Source of the DNA: Candidatus Nanohalarchaeota archaeon
GTDB lineage: Archaea; EX4484-52; B79-G9
NCBI GenBank assembly: GCA_003660865.1
Contig: QMVA01000002.1
Location: 1-38,156, forward strand
Direction: 5' to 3'
DNA: 38,156 nt
Positions 15,862 through 24,085 of the stretch are shown here, one piece after another. The position numbers were made by a program, and so were the translations under genes. How positions within the stretch are numbered: the stretch's first letter is position 1; every line of letters starts with the position of its first letter. The notes beneath the pieces are model-generated. The model was not told where the DNA came from. It saw only the letters and a list, made by a program, of their open reading frames with translations, and ran no database searches.

Positions 15862-18800
15862 TTAGTCTTTTACTTTTAGTTTTATCATTCCTGTGCCGAT
15901 GGGTGCGATGTTTCCTATTATTATGTTTTCTATTACGCTTTCGAGCGGGTCGATTTCTCCCGCGGAGGCAGCGATGGTGAGGTGTTTTACTGTCTCTTCG
16001 AAGTTTGCTCTTGAGAGTACTGATGATTTCTGGCCTGCGAGCCCGTATCTGCCGATGGCCTTGATTGTGCCGTCGTTTGTCATTGCGTCTGCAACGACCA
16101 GGAGGTGGCGTATGTCTGTGTCAACGCCCTGTTCGCGCATTGTGCTTAGTGCTTCTTTAATGATTGCGTTTCTTGCGGCTTCTATGCCAATGGTTTTTGA
16201 GACTTCGAATATGTTGTTTGATGTGGTTTTTGTCATGTTTATTCCAGGCATTTTCAGGACTTTTTTGAGGTTTGATCCGAGGGTTTTTATTGTCCATTCT
16301 TCGTTTTCGTATTCAACTATTGCCTGTTCTATGCCTTTGATGCCTTTTATGAAGAGGCTTCTTACGCGGACTCTTATGGATTGAAGGTCACTTATTGTGT
16401 AGTCTTGTTTTTTGTTTTCTGCAATTTCAATTATTATTATGTCCTTTTCGGATGAGATGTTTATATACTTTATGCCTTTTTTGATTACTGAGATGATGTT
16501 TTCTGTTGTGATGTCTAGGTTGTGGAGGATAGTTTTGTCGGGCAGGAGTTCGACTCTTAAGTTTATCAGGTCTATTGAGTCTTCTTTTAGTATGTGTTTT
16601 AGCTTGGTTTCTTTTATTTTCGCAGCTATTTTTCTTGCGTCTTCTTTGTTGTTGTGTTCTTTGTCGAGGTAGATTTCCATTGTGGGTGTTTTTGGTATTT
16701 TTCTTGCGTCGAATAGTTCAATGAGTCTTGGCAGACCTTTTGTTGTGACGAGCTGTGTACGGCCTTCGGAGTGGTATGCTCTTAAGGTGGTCTGTGTTGC
16801 CGGCTCTGAGATTGACTGGGCTGCTATTACGCCTATTGCTTCGCCTACTTCGTATTTGAGATTGAGGTATCTTTTTTTGAGCAGGTCTTTTTCTTTTTTT
16901 GTCAGGTCCATGTTTTCGTATATGCCTGGTAGTTCTTTGGTTGTTTGGCTGCCTGCCTGTTTTTTGTTAAGCCTGTTTTTTGTTGCTATTTCTTTGTTGA
17001 TGTAGCCGCCGTCGCTTTTTGCAGGGTCTATGCCGTCTTCGCCGGGGATGAGTTGAATTATTGTGCCTGAACTGTCACGGACGCGGTAATCTTTGCCTAT
17101 TTTTATGTCCTGAAGGGCGCTTACGAGGCGGCGCTGCATGTAGCCGCTGACGCGTGTTTTTAGTGAAGAGTCCATTATGCCTTCACGGCCTTTCATGACT
17201 TCAAAGAAGAATTCTATCGGGTCTATTCCTTTTTGGAAGGAGGATCTTACGAAGCCGTGTGATGCCGGGCTGAGGTCGCCTTTTTTGAAGTGTGAGAGTG
17301 TTCTTCCTGTGTAGCCGCGGAAGATTCTTCTGCCGCGGATTGTTTCCTGGCCTACCAGTCCTGACATGTATGCGAGGTTCTGGATGCTGCCGCGGGCGCC
17401 TGTTCGTGCCATGATGATTGCTGTGTTTGTTTCATCTACGTTTTTGTCGATTATTTGCTGCGTATTGTTTGTGATTTTCCAAAGTTCAATCATGATTAGG
17501 TCTTCGAGGGTTTCTTCCTGGCTTCTTCCAGGGGATACTTCTATTTTTCTTTTTTTGTATGTTTCTATTAGTTTGTCAATTTCTACTAGTTGTTCGTCGA
17601 TTCCCTTGTGTATGTTGTCTTGGGTTTTTTTGTCTGTGTCGAGATTGTCGAGGGATATGCTGAACCCAAATTTCATCATTGTGTGGGTTATGATTTTTGT
17701 TATATGGTCTATGAATATTCTTGCTTCTGTGTGTCCTTTTTCCATGTCGATGATGTCGATTAATTTTCCTTTGAAGGCTGCGATGCCGTTGCTGTCGATG
17801 ACGCCTTTTTTGAGTTCGCCGTTTTCTATGATTACGTATGCGTCGTTTTCACATTGTGCTTTTTTGCATATTTCACAGTTGCGGCATGTGTTGGCTTTGT
17901 ATTCCAGATTTATGCCTTTGGGTATGGCGAAGCTGAATAGCTCTTTGCCTGTGTATGTGTCTTTTTTGAGGTCTGCGGTTATGTCTGAGTTGGAGATCAT
18001 TTGTGCTGTTTCCTGTTTTGTGAATTCTGTACCGGTTCTTGTTAGGAGGTATGCGCCGGAGATGTAGTCCTGGTCGCAGCCCATGATGGGTCCTCCGAAG
18101 CGCGGGGATTTGATGTTCTGTTCGACTAGCATGAGTTGTTCTGCTTCTGATCTTGCTTCTGCGGTCTGGGGGACGTGGAGGTTCATTTCGTCGCCGTCGA
18201 AGTCTGCGTTGTAGGGTTTGCATACGCAGAGGTTTAGCCTGAATGTCTTGTGGGACATTATTTTTGCGTAGTGTGCCATTACGGACATGCGGTGGAGTGA
18301 AGGCTGCCTGTTGAATAGGACGATATCGTCGTCTATTAGGTGCCTTTCTACAATGAATCCTGCTGTGAGTTCTTCAAGAATTGATTCTTTGTTTTCGTTG
18401 ATGACTCTTTTTCGGATGCCGTCAGGGCGTGTTATGTAGTTTGCACCAGGGTGTATGTCAGGACCGTTTTGGATGTATGTTTTTATTTCATTTATGTTTT
18501 GTTTTGTGACTTTGATTGGTATTGTGAGTTCTTTTGCGATTATTTCCGGGATGCCTACGTCGTTTAGGCTGATGTTGGGGTCAGGGGATATTACTGTTCT
18601 TGCACAGTAGTTTACGCGTTTGCCTGTGAGGTTGTGGCGGAATCTGCCGTCTTTGCTTTTGAGCCTTTGCGCTAAGGTCTTCAGGCTGCGGCCTGATCTG
18701 TGTCTTGCAGGGGGTATGCTTGATATTTCATTGTTGAAGTATGTGCTTACATGATATTGCAGGAGTTCCCATAGGTCTTCTATTATGAAGTCAGGGGCGC

Positions 18801-19482
18801 CTATTTCAAGGTTGTCTGCAAGGCGGTGGTTGATGCGGATTATGTCGACCAGTTTGTGGGTCAGGTCGTCTTCTGAGCGGTCGCCGCTCTCTAGTGTTAT
18901 CGATGGTCGTGCTGTTACGGGGGGAACGAGCATTAGTGTCAGGATGTACCATTCGGGTCTCCCGCCTTTTATACCGATTAGTCCTGCTGTTTCGTCTGAG
19001 ATTTTTTCGAACTGCTCTCTTATTTCTACAGGGGTTAGTGAATGTTTATCTCTTACGAATGTGGATGGCTTGTCGAGTTTGATTTTGCCTTGCTTTTCAC
19101 CACAGTCCGGGCATATTGTTGCGATTTTGAGTTTTTTTATGGATATGCCTTCTTGTAGTTTTGTTTTGTCTACAAGGAGGGCGCCGCATTTATGGCATGT
19201 GTGGGTTAGAAGGAGCCGGATTTGTGGCAGGTAGAGTATGTTTATTATGGGGCGTGCAAGTTCAATGTGACCGAAGTGACCTGTGCATTCGCCGATTCTG
19301 CCGCCGCAGGTCGCGCAGCGCATGCCTGGGTCGATTATGCCTAGTCGCGGGTCCATTACGCCACCGTCGATAGGGTATGCGTCGGCACCGTAGACTTCGG
19401 ATGTGACGACGGGCATGACTGAGAGTTTTCTGATTATCTCGGGGGATATCATTTTGAATTTTATCTCTTTTATTTTTGTCAT
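15862..19482 (-). CDS. rpoA: DNA-directed RNA polymerase subunit A, with A' and A'' portions in one reading frame (1206 aa)
   Basis: N-terminal Zn motifs (CATCGG..GECTGHFGHIEL), NADFDGDEMNLHVPQ active site, bridge helix GREGIMDSSLKTRVSGYMQRRL. The frame then continues without a stop into A''-type sequence (GEAIGVIAAQSISEPATQTTLRAYH ... IGIEAARNAIIKE ... RHLLVVADAMT ... GTGMIKL). The ATG at 19482 follows AGGTG. Confidence 0.93.
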   Translation of the reverse strand: MTKIKEIKFKMISPEIIRKLSVMPVVTSEVYGADAYPIDGGVMDPRLGIIDPGMRCATCGGRIGECTGHFGHIELARPIINILYLPQIRLLLTHTCHKCGALLVDKTKLQEGISIKKLKIATICPDCGEKQGKIKLDKPSTFVRDKHSLTPVEIREQFEKISDETAGLIGIKGGRPEWYILTLMLVPPVTARPSITLESGDRSEDDLTHKLVDIIRINHRLADNLEIGAPDFIIEDLWELLQYHVSTYFNNEISSIPPARHRSGRSLKTLAQRLKSKDGRFRHNLTGKRVNYCARTVISPDPNISLNDVGIPEIIAKELTIPIKVTKQNINEIKTYIQNGPDIHPGANYITRPDGIRKRVINENKESILEELTAGFIVERHLIDDDIVLFNRQPSLHRMSVMAHYAKIMSHKTFRLNLCVCKPYNADFDGDEMNLHVPQTAEARSEAEQLMLVEQNIKSPRFGGPIMGCDQDYISGAYLLTRTGTEFTKQETAQMISNSDITADLKKDTYTGKELFSFAIPKGINLEYKANTCRNCEICKKAQCENDAYVIIENGELKKGVIDSNGIAAFKGKLIDIIDMEKGHTEARIFIDHITKIITHTMMKFGFSISLDNLDTDKKTQDNIHKGIDEQLVEIDKLIETYKKRKIEVSPGRSQEETLEDLIMIELWKITNNTQQIIDKNVDETNTAIIMARTGARGSIQNLAYMSGLVGQETIRGRRIFRGYTGRTLSHFKKGDLSPASHGFVRSSFQKGIDPIEFFFEVMKGREGIMDSSLKTRVSGYMQRRLVSALQDIKIGKDYRVRDSSGTIIQLIPGEDGIDPAKSDGGYINKEIATKNRLNKKQAGSQTTKELPGIYENMDLTKKEKDLLKKRYLNLKYEVGEAIGVIAAQSISEPATQTTLRAYHSEGRTQLVTTKGLPRLIELFDARKIPKTPTMEIYLDKEHNNKEDARKIAAKIKETKLKHILKEDSIDLINLRVELLPDKTILHNLDITTENIISVIKKGIKYINISSEKDIIIIEIAENKKQDYTISDLQSIRVRVRSLFIKGIKGIEQAIVEYENEEWTIKTLGSNLKKVLKMPGINMTKTTSNNIFEVSKTIGIEAARNAIIKEALSTMREQGVDTDIRHLLVVADAMTNDGTIKAIGRYGLAGQKSSVLSRANFEETVKHLTIAASAGEIDPLESVIENIIIGNIAPIGTGMIKLKVKD

Positions 19483-19496
19483 TTGTTGCACCTAGG

Positions 19497-21287
19497 TTAG
19501 TCTTCTGTGACTATTTGGGGGTATATCAGCATGCTGCGCAGTTCGTCGAGTAGTAGTTTGAATGCGTAGGACATTTCAACATTTTCTATTTTTGTGCCTT
19601 TGCAGAGCGGACAGTATATTTTGTTTTTGATCCTGTCGTGTATTGCGGTTATGCCGCATTCTTTGCAGATTGGGATTTGTGTTTTGTCTGATGAGAATCT
19701 TTCTTTGAGGACTACTGCTGCGCCGTGGGCTATGAGGCAGTCTTTCTCCATTTCGCCGAATCTCAGACCGCCTTCTTTTGAACGGCCTTCTGTTGGCTGT
19801 TTTGTCAGCAGTGCTATGGGACCGCGTGAGCGCGCATGTATCTTATGGGATACCATGTGGTAGAGGCGCATGTAGTAGCCTATTCCAATGAGTATTGGCG
19901 CTTCAATGATTTCCCCGGTTACGCCGTTGTATAGCCTTTCTTTTCCGTCGTCACGGTATCCGAGTTTTCTTAGTTGGGTTCTGATTTCATCTACGTTTCC
20001 TTTGAATGCTGTGCCGTCTTGTTCTTTTCCTTCGAGGCTGCCTTTTTTGCCTGCTATGATTTCCAGAAGCTGACCAACTGTCATTCTTGATGGGATTGCA
20101 TGAGGATTGATTATTATGTCGGGCGTTATGCCGTTTTTGGTGAAGGGCATATTTTCTTCTGGTACAACTAGACCGATTACGCCTTTTTGACCGTGGCGGG
20201 ATGCGAATTTGTCGCCAACTTCAGGGATTTTCTGTTCTCTTACTGATACTTTTATCAGTGTGTTGCCGTCTTTTGTGCTTGCGAGTATTACTTTTTCTAC
20301 TGTGAAGTCTTTTCCTTTTGTTGCTGTCAGTGAGTTTTCCCTGCGGTCTTTTATGCCCATCCTTATTTCTTTCTGGATGCCGAGGAAACGCAACGGGGAT
20401 GTTTTTCCGACTAGTATGTTGTTTTCTTTTAGGCTTGTTTCAGGTGAGACTATTCCTTCTTCGCCGAGCATGGAGTATTCTTCTTCTGATTTGTAGCCGC
20501 GCACTTCGGGGTCGGGGATGCCTATTTCATCTTCCTGACCGCCCCAGTATCTTCTTGCTTCTGTGAGGTGTGTGCGGATGAACAGTGATCTGCCAAGGCC
20601 GCGTTCAAGTGAGCTTTTGTTTATTACTATGGAATCTTCGATGTTGTAGCTGTAGTATGGCATTACCGCAATTATGAGGTTCTGGCCGGTTGGATGGGTC
20701 GAGAGGCCGGTTGCGTCTGTTGTCTGTGATTGGACTATTGGCCTTTGAGCGTTTAGCAGGAGGTGGGCTGTTGTGTCGTCCCTTAGCAGATAGTTGTGGA
20801 GGTAGATACCTGTTGATTGGACTATCATTCGTGAACCATAGTTCAGACGGTCTCCACGGTCTTTTTCAGGATATGCTAACAGTGATGCGGCAATGCCGAG
20901 TATGAGTATCGGGTCGATTTCGAGGTGTGTGTGGTCTTTTGTGAGTGTCTCTTTCGTGGTTGCGATGTATGCGTTTTCTTCTTCTTCTGCATCAATAAAT
21001 TCTATTATGTTCTGGTCTATTAAGTCTTTCCATGTGAGTTTATTGTTCTGAATGTTTTTGAGCATCTCGTCTGTGAGCATGGGTTTTCCGTTTTCGACGG
21101 CGATCAGGGGGCGTCTTACGCGGCCGCCGTTAAGGTTTAGTTGTATTTCGTCTTTTTCTTTGTGGTGTGCGATGTTTAGTTGTGGAGATAGTATGTTTTT
21201 TCTTCTTTTTTCTTTTAGGGATAGGACTAGCTTTTCGGCGTTGTCGCAGTTTCCTGTGTATATTCCGTCAATATAAATTTCTGTCAT
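19497..21287 (-). CDS. rpoB1: RNA polymerase subunit B' (C-terminal part of split B)
   Basis: SRHGQKGVIG, NPHAIPSRMTVGQLLE, GGLRFGEMEKDCLIAHGAA, and a C-terminal Zn ribbon CKECG...CPLCKG. The start ATG at 21287 (or TTG at 21296) overlaps the end of B''. Confidence 0.93.
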   Translation of the reverse strand: MTEIYIDGIYTGNCDNAEKLVLSLKEKRRKNILSPQLNIAHHKEKDEIQLNLNGGRVRRPLIAVENGKPMLTDEMLKNIQNNKLTWKDLIDQNIIEFIDAEEEENAYIATTKETLTKDHTHLEIDPILILGIAASLLAYPEKDRGDRLNYGSRMIVQSTGIYLHNYLLRDDTTAHLLLNAQRPIVQSQTTDATGLSTHPTGQNLIIAVMPYYSYNIEDSIVINKSSLERGLGRSLFIRTHLTEARRYWGGQEDEIGIPDPEVRGYKSEEEYSMLGEEGIVSPETSLKENNILVGKTSPLRFLGIQKEIRMGIKDRRENSLTATKGKDFTVEKVILASTKDGNTLIKVSVREQKIPEVGDKFASRHGQKGVIGLVVPEENMPFTKNGITPDIIINPHAIPSRMTVGQLLEIIAGKKGSLEGKEQDGTAFKGNVDEIRTQLRKLGYRDDGKERLYNGVTGEIIEAPILIGIGYYMRLYHMVSHKIHARSRGPIALLTKQPTEGRSKEGGLRFGEMEKDCLIAHGAAVVLKERFSSDKTQIPICKECGITAIHDRIKNKIYCPLCKGTKIENVEMSYAFKLLLDELRSMLIYPQIVTED

Positions 21288-22806
21288 GCTGTTCAACTTT
21301 TGATTGTTTGTTTTCCTGTTCGATTTCTACTCCGAGGCTTTTCAGGGTGCTTAATACTTTTGTTTTGTCTGCTTCGTTTGAGGGTATTGTGACCTGTGCG
21401 CCCAGTGCGAGGAAGTTTCTCAGGCCGATGCTTTGGCCTTCCGGGGTTCTTACGGCACATAGGCGACCCCATTGGGTTGCATGGAGTTCTCTTGCTTCAA
21501 AGTGTTCCTGAGTGGATGATAGTGGGGATACTACGCTTCTCAAATGGCTTATGGTTCTTACGAAGTTTGAGCGTTCGAGGCGCTGACATACGCCGGTTTT
21601 GCCGCCGACCCAGTTGCCTGTTGCCATTGCTCTCATGATTTGTTTTGTGAGGACGTCTGAGACTACTACGCTTTGGAGTTTTAGTAGTTTTCTGCCGCGC
21701 TTCATCATTTTCTGGTAGTTGTATTGAAGGCGTGCAATCAGGCCCCAACGACCCATGATGATTGATCTGAAGAGTATTTCGAGGAGGTCTCCCGGCATTT
21801 TGAGCCTCTTGTTTGAGTAGTGGTCTATGTCGTCTTCTTTGATTTTGCCTTTGTGGAGAAGGATTAGTTTGCGTATGACCAGACCAAGGAATTTTGCTTT
21901 TTTTATTGAGTCTTTTGGCTCGTTTCCGAGGTGTGCTAGCAGGTAATTGTTTAGTAGTTGGGTGGCACGTTCTTCTCGTTGCTCTTTCATGCGTACTTTC
22001 ATTTTTTTGCCGATGTAGTCGAGGGCTTCTTCCCTGTTTGCAATCTGTGTGTCGTAGATGTTGATGTATACGTCTTCTATGTCTTCTTCTTCTGTGCCGA
22101 TGGCTTCTATGACTTCTTTGTCTGTTTCGAGGCCGAGGGCTTTCATTAGTACGATTATGGGTATTGGTGTTTTTACGAGGTTTGCGAATTTTGCTGTTAT
22201 GATGCCTTCCGGGCATCGCTCGAATACGTGGCGCTGGATATAGCCGCTTTTTTCGCAGTTTATTCTTGCTGTGATTTCGTCTGCTTTTTTCTGGAGTATT
22301 AGTTTGTTTGGTGCTATTTCTTCTGATAATACGATTACTCTTTCTGTGCCGTTTACTATGAAGTAGCCGCCGGGGTCGTATGGGTCTTCACCGGCTTTTA
22401 TTAGTTCGGTTCTTGTCATTTTAGAGAGTGGGCAGAGGCAGGATTTTACCATGATTGGTATTTCGCCGATTTCTACTGTTTCTGTGTCGTGTTCTCTTTC
22501 TTCGAATACTGGGGTCATTTCTACGAATATAGGGGTTGAGTATGTGAGGTTTCTTAGGCGTGTCTCGGAGGGATATATTGCTCTTACGGAGCCGTCTGCT
22601 TCGTTTATTTGCGCTCTCTCGATGCTTACTTTCCCGAGTTTGATTGTGAGTTCTTCGCCGGTGGGAAGTTCGATTGTTATTTTAGCTATTTCATCTACTG
22701 TTTTCTGGAGGCGTCTTTCGACGAAGTCGTTGTATGAATCGATTTGGTGGGCTATGAATCCTTTGTTTTTCGAGTATTCGTTGAGGTAGCTTTTTGCGAT
22801 GTCCAT
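21268..22806 (-). CDS. rpoB2: RNA polymerase subunit B'' (N-terminal part of split B)
   Basis: HQIDSYNDFVERRLQ, GYFIVNGTERVIV, HLRSVVSPLS...EARELHATQWGRLCAVRTPEGQSIGL. It ends with TGA at 21268 inside the B' 5' end. Confidence 0.93.
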   Translation of the reverse strand: MDIAKSYLNEYSKNKGFIAHQIDSYNDFVERRLQKTVDEIAKITIELPTGEELTIKLGKVSIERAQINEADGSVRAIYPSETRLRNLTYSTPIFVEMTPVFEEREHDTETVEIGEIPIMVKSCLCPLSKMTRTELIKAGEDPYDPGGYFIVNGTERVIVLSEEIAPNKLILQKKADEITARINCEKSGYIQRHVFERCPEGIITAKFANLVKTPIPIIVLMKALGLETDKEVIEAIGTEEEDIEDVYINIYDTQIANREEALDYIGKKMKVRMKEQREERATQLLNNYLLAHLGNEPKDSIKKAKFLGLVIRKLILLHKGKIKEDDIDHYSNKRLKMPGDLLEILFRSIIMGRWGLIARLQYNYQKMMKRGRKLLKLQSVVVSDVLTKQIMRAMATGNWVGGKTGVCQRLERSNFVRTISHLRSVVSPLSSTQEHFEARELHATQWGRLCAVRTPEGQSIGLRNFLALGAQVTIPSNEADKTKVLSTLKSLGVEIEQENKQSKVEQHDRNLY

Positions 22807-22818
22807 GGTTAACACGTT

Positions 22819-23058
22819 TTATTCCGGGATTACGATCCGATAGTATTTTGTTTTTCCTGCGGTGGGGCTGTCTCTGGTTATTTCGATGATGTCGCCTGTT
22901 TTTGCGCCTATTATTTCGGCGATCGGGTCTGTGTCGAGTATTTTTGGGAGTTGGTCGGCTGTTATGTCAAGTTCTTTTAGAATTTTTTGTGATTCGCTTT
23001 TCATGAGGATTTTGTGTTCTGGAACTAGTTCATGTGTAAATATGTCTTTTTCGCTCAT
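22819..23058 (-). CDS. rpoH: RNA polymerase subunit H (Rpb5 homologue)
   Basis: HELVPEHKILMKSESQKILKELDITADQLPKILDTDPIAEIIGAKTGDIIEITRDSPTAG...YYRIV is canonical RpoH. The ATG at 23058 follows GGTGA. Confidence 0.92.
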   Translation of the reverse strand: MSEKDIFTHELVPEHKILMKSESQKILKELDITADQLPKILDTDPIAEIIGAKTGDIIEITRDSPTAGKTKYYRIVIPE

Positions 23059-23081
23059 GTTGTTTTTCACCAAAGGTTTTG

Positions 23082-23240
23082 TGGTGGGCCCGACGGGAAT
23101 TTCACGGACGTTTTATGTTCGTTTTGAACCCGCGACACCCGGGTATCTTCTACAGATTCCGGTGCATTAACCGTCTGGTTAAAAGCTTCACCCTCGTCGA
23201 TTAAGAGCCCGGTGCTCTAGCCAGACTGAGCTACGGGCCC
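23082..23240 (-). tRNA. tRNA-Lys(CUU) with two introns (57 nt after position 37, 24 nt in the T-loop) and encoded CCA
   Basis: Exons read GGGCCCG-TA-GCTC-AGTCTGGCTA-GAGC-A-CCGGG-CTCTTA[57 nt]A-CCCGG-GTGTC-GCGGG-TTCAAA[24 nt]T-CCCGT-CGGGCCC-A-CCA. Folded by hand; all four stems pair (one G-U). Confidence 0.8.
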
Positions 23241-23515
23241 ACTCTGTGTGTATTATGTGTTTGGAATTGGAAGTACTCTATTTAAGTGATAATATTATAA
23301 ATGTATCTGTAGGTGAGAGGTTTGTTTTTGTTGTTAGAATTTTTGAGATGTTTGGCGTGTACATAGTTATTACTCTGATAGGTTATATGATGCCGGTTTT
23401 CCCGGGTGAATGGTGAATAGAGAATATTTGTGAATTCCCCTGTGATGTTCATTAATGGTTCTATTTTGGTTATGTTTACGAATATAGTTTTTAGTGTGGT
23501 TAAGTTTATAAATGT

Positions 23516-23547
23516 ATTGATTGATTGATTGATTGATTGGGGGGGGG
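23516..23547. repeat. microsatellite (ATTG)x6 abutting a G9 homopolymer
   Basis: ATTG repeats at 23516-23539 and a G-run at 23539-23547, read directly. Intergenic. Confidence 0.9.
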
Positions 23548-23548
23548 T

Positions 23549-23663
23549 GGTGCTGTTGTATAACTATTGGGATTATATGTACTGTTGCTGTTTTTAAGAA
23601 TATGACCAAAAATCGCTAAACGACATCAGAAAACCCTTCGGTCTTGACTTGTACAACAGCACC
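23549..23663. mobile_element. MITE-like 115-bp element with 12-bp perfect terminal inverted repeats and 5-bp direct flanks
   Basis: GGTGCTGTTGTA (23549-23560) is the reverse complement of TACAACAGCACC (23652-23663). GGGGT flanks both ends (23544-23548, 23664-23668). The interior is A-rich and breaks the local T/G bias. Confidence 0.5.
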
Positions 23664-23688
23664 GGGGTGGTTGGGATTTGATTGTCGA

Positions 23689-23961
23689 TTAGATCATTTT
23701 TGTGTAGATTACTTTGCCTGTGTAGTGTGTGCCTTCGTCGAGGACTATGATGTCGTATCTTGGGCAGTCAAACATGTCTTTGACGGCAGAAAATGATGGC
23801 GCTGCGATGATGTTTGCTATAGCTGTGTGGTCCTGAAATAGGTCGGCGTTGTAACCTTTTGGGCCGTCGCGTTGGTTGTATGTTGTCATCATTCTTTTGA
23901 TGTCTGTGCAGTTGAATGTTGTGTCTGGGTTGTATTCTATTGCGCTCATGTATGTCGTCAT
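23689..23961 (-). CDS. hypothetical small protein (90 aa)
   Basis: GGTGAT lies 3 nt upstream of the ATG. Third positions follow the native A/C bias while positions 1-2 are diverse. No motif recognised. Confidence 0.6.
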   Translation of the reverse strand: MTTYMSAIEYNPDTTFNCTDIKRMMTTYNQRDGPKGYNADLFQDHTAIANIIAAPSFSAVKDMFDCPRYDIIVLDEGTHYTGKVIYTKMI

Positions 23962-24085
23962 TTTATCACCGAAGAGTTGTATTTTTTGAGTTGTTGATGA
24001 TGTGTGTTTCGTGCGTAGTATTAAATTTGTTTTGGTGCGAGAAAGAATGAGGGTTATGGTCTGATTGTGCGTATTTTGTATGCTG

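Noticed and set aside
17366-18067. Long antisense plus-strand ORFs inside minus-strand genes, such as the 233 aa antisense to rpoA. Others are at 29472-30080, 26864-27493, 12733-13200, 4213-4719 and 32958-33419.
   Set aside because: The plus strand is A-poor, so stops are rare there too. The products are F/L/S/V/C-rich nonsense with no motifs, and they mirror real genes on the other strand.
23372-23460. A C/D box sRNA (ATGATGC at 23388, CTGA at 23375, GTGATGT at 23442), and similar box-like strings in the two tRNA introns.
   Set aside because: The boxes are degenerate, in the wrong order or spacing, and there is no terminal stem or proper D box (CUGA) at the 3' side.
23370-23609. The 79-aa minus-strand ORF in the tRNA-Lys / 90-aa gene spacer.
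   Set aside because: It reads straight through the (ATTG)6 and G9 tracts (giving PPPINQSINQ) and into the MITE-like element. It has no SD or promoter geometry.
23549-23663. The element with the 12-bp closing stem as a 5S rRNA or other known structured RNA.
   Set aside because: The size is 5S-like, but none of the conserved 5S loop sequences (such as CCGAAC or GAAGTTAAGC-type segments) are present on either strand. The TIR-plus-flanking-duplication reading fits better.
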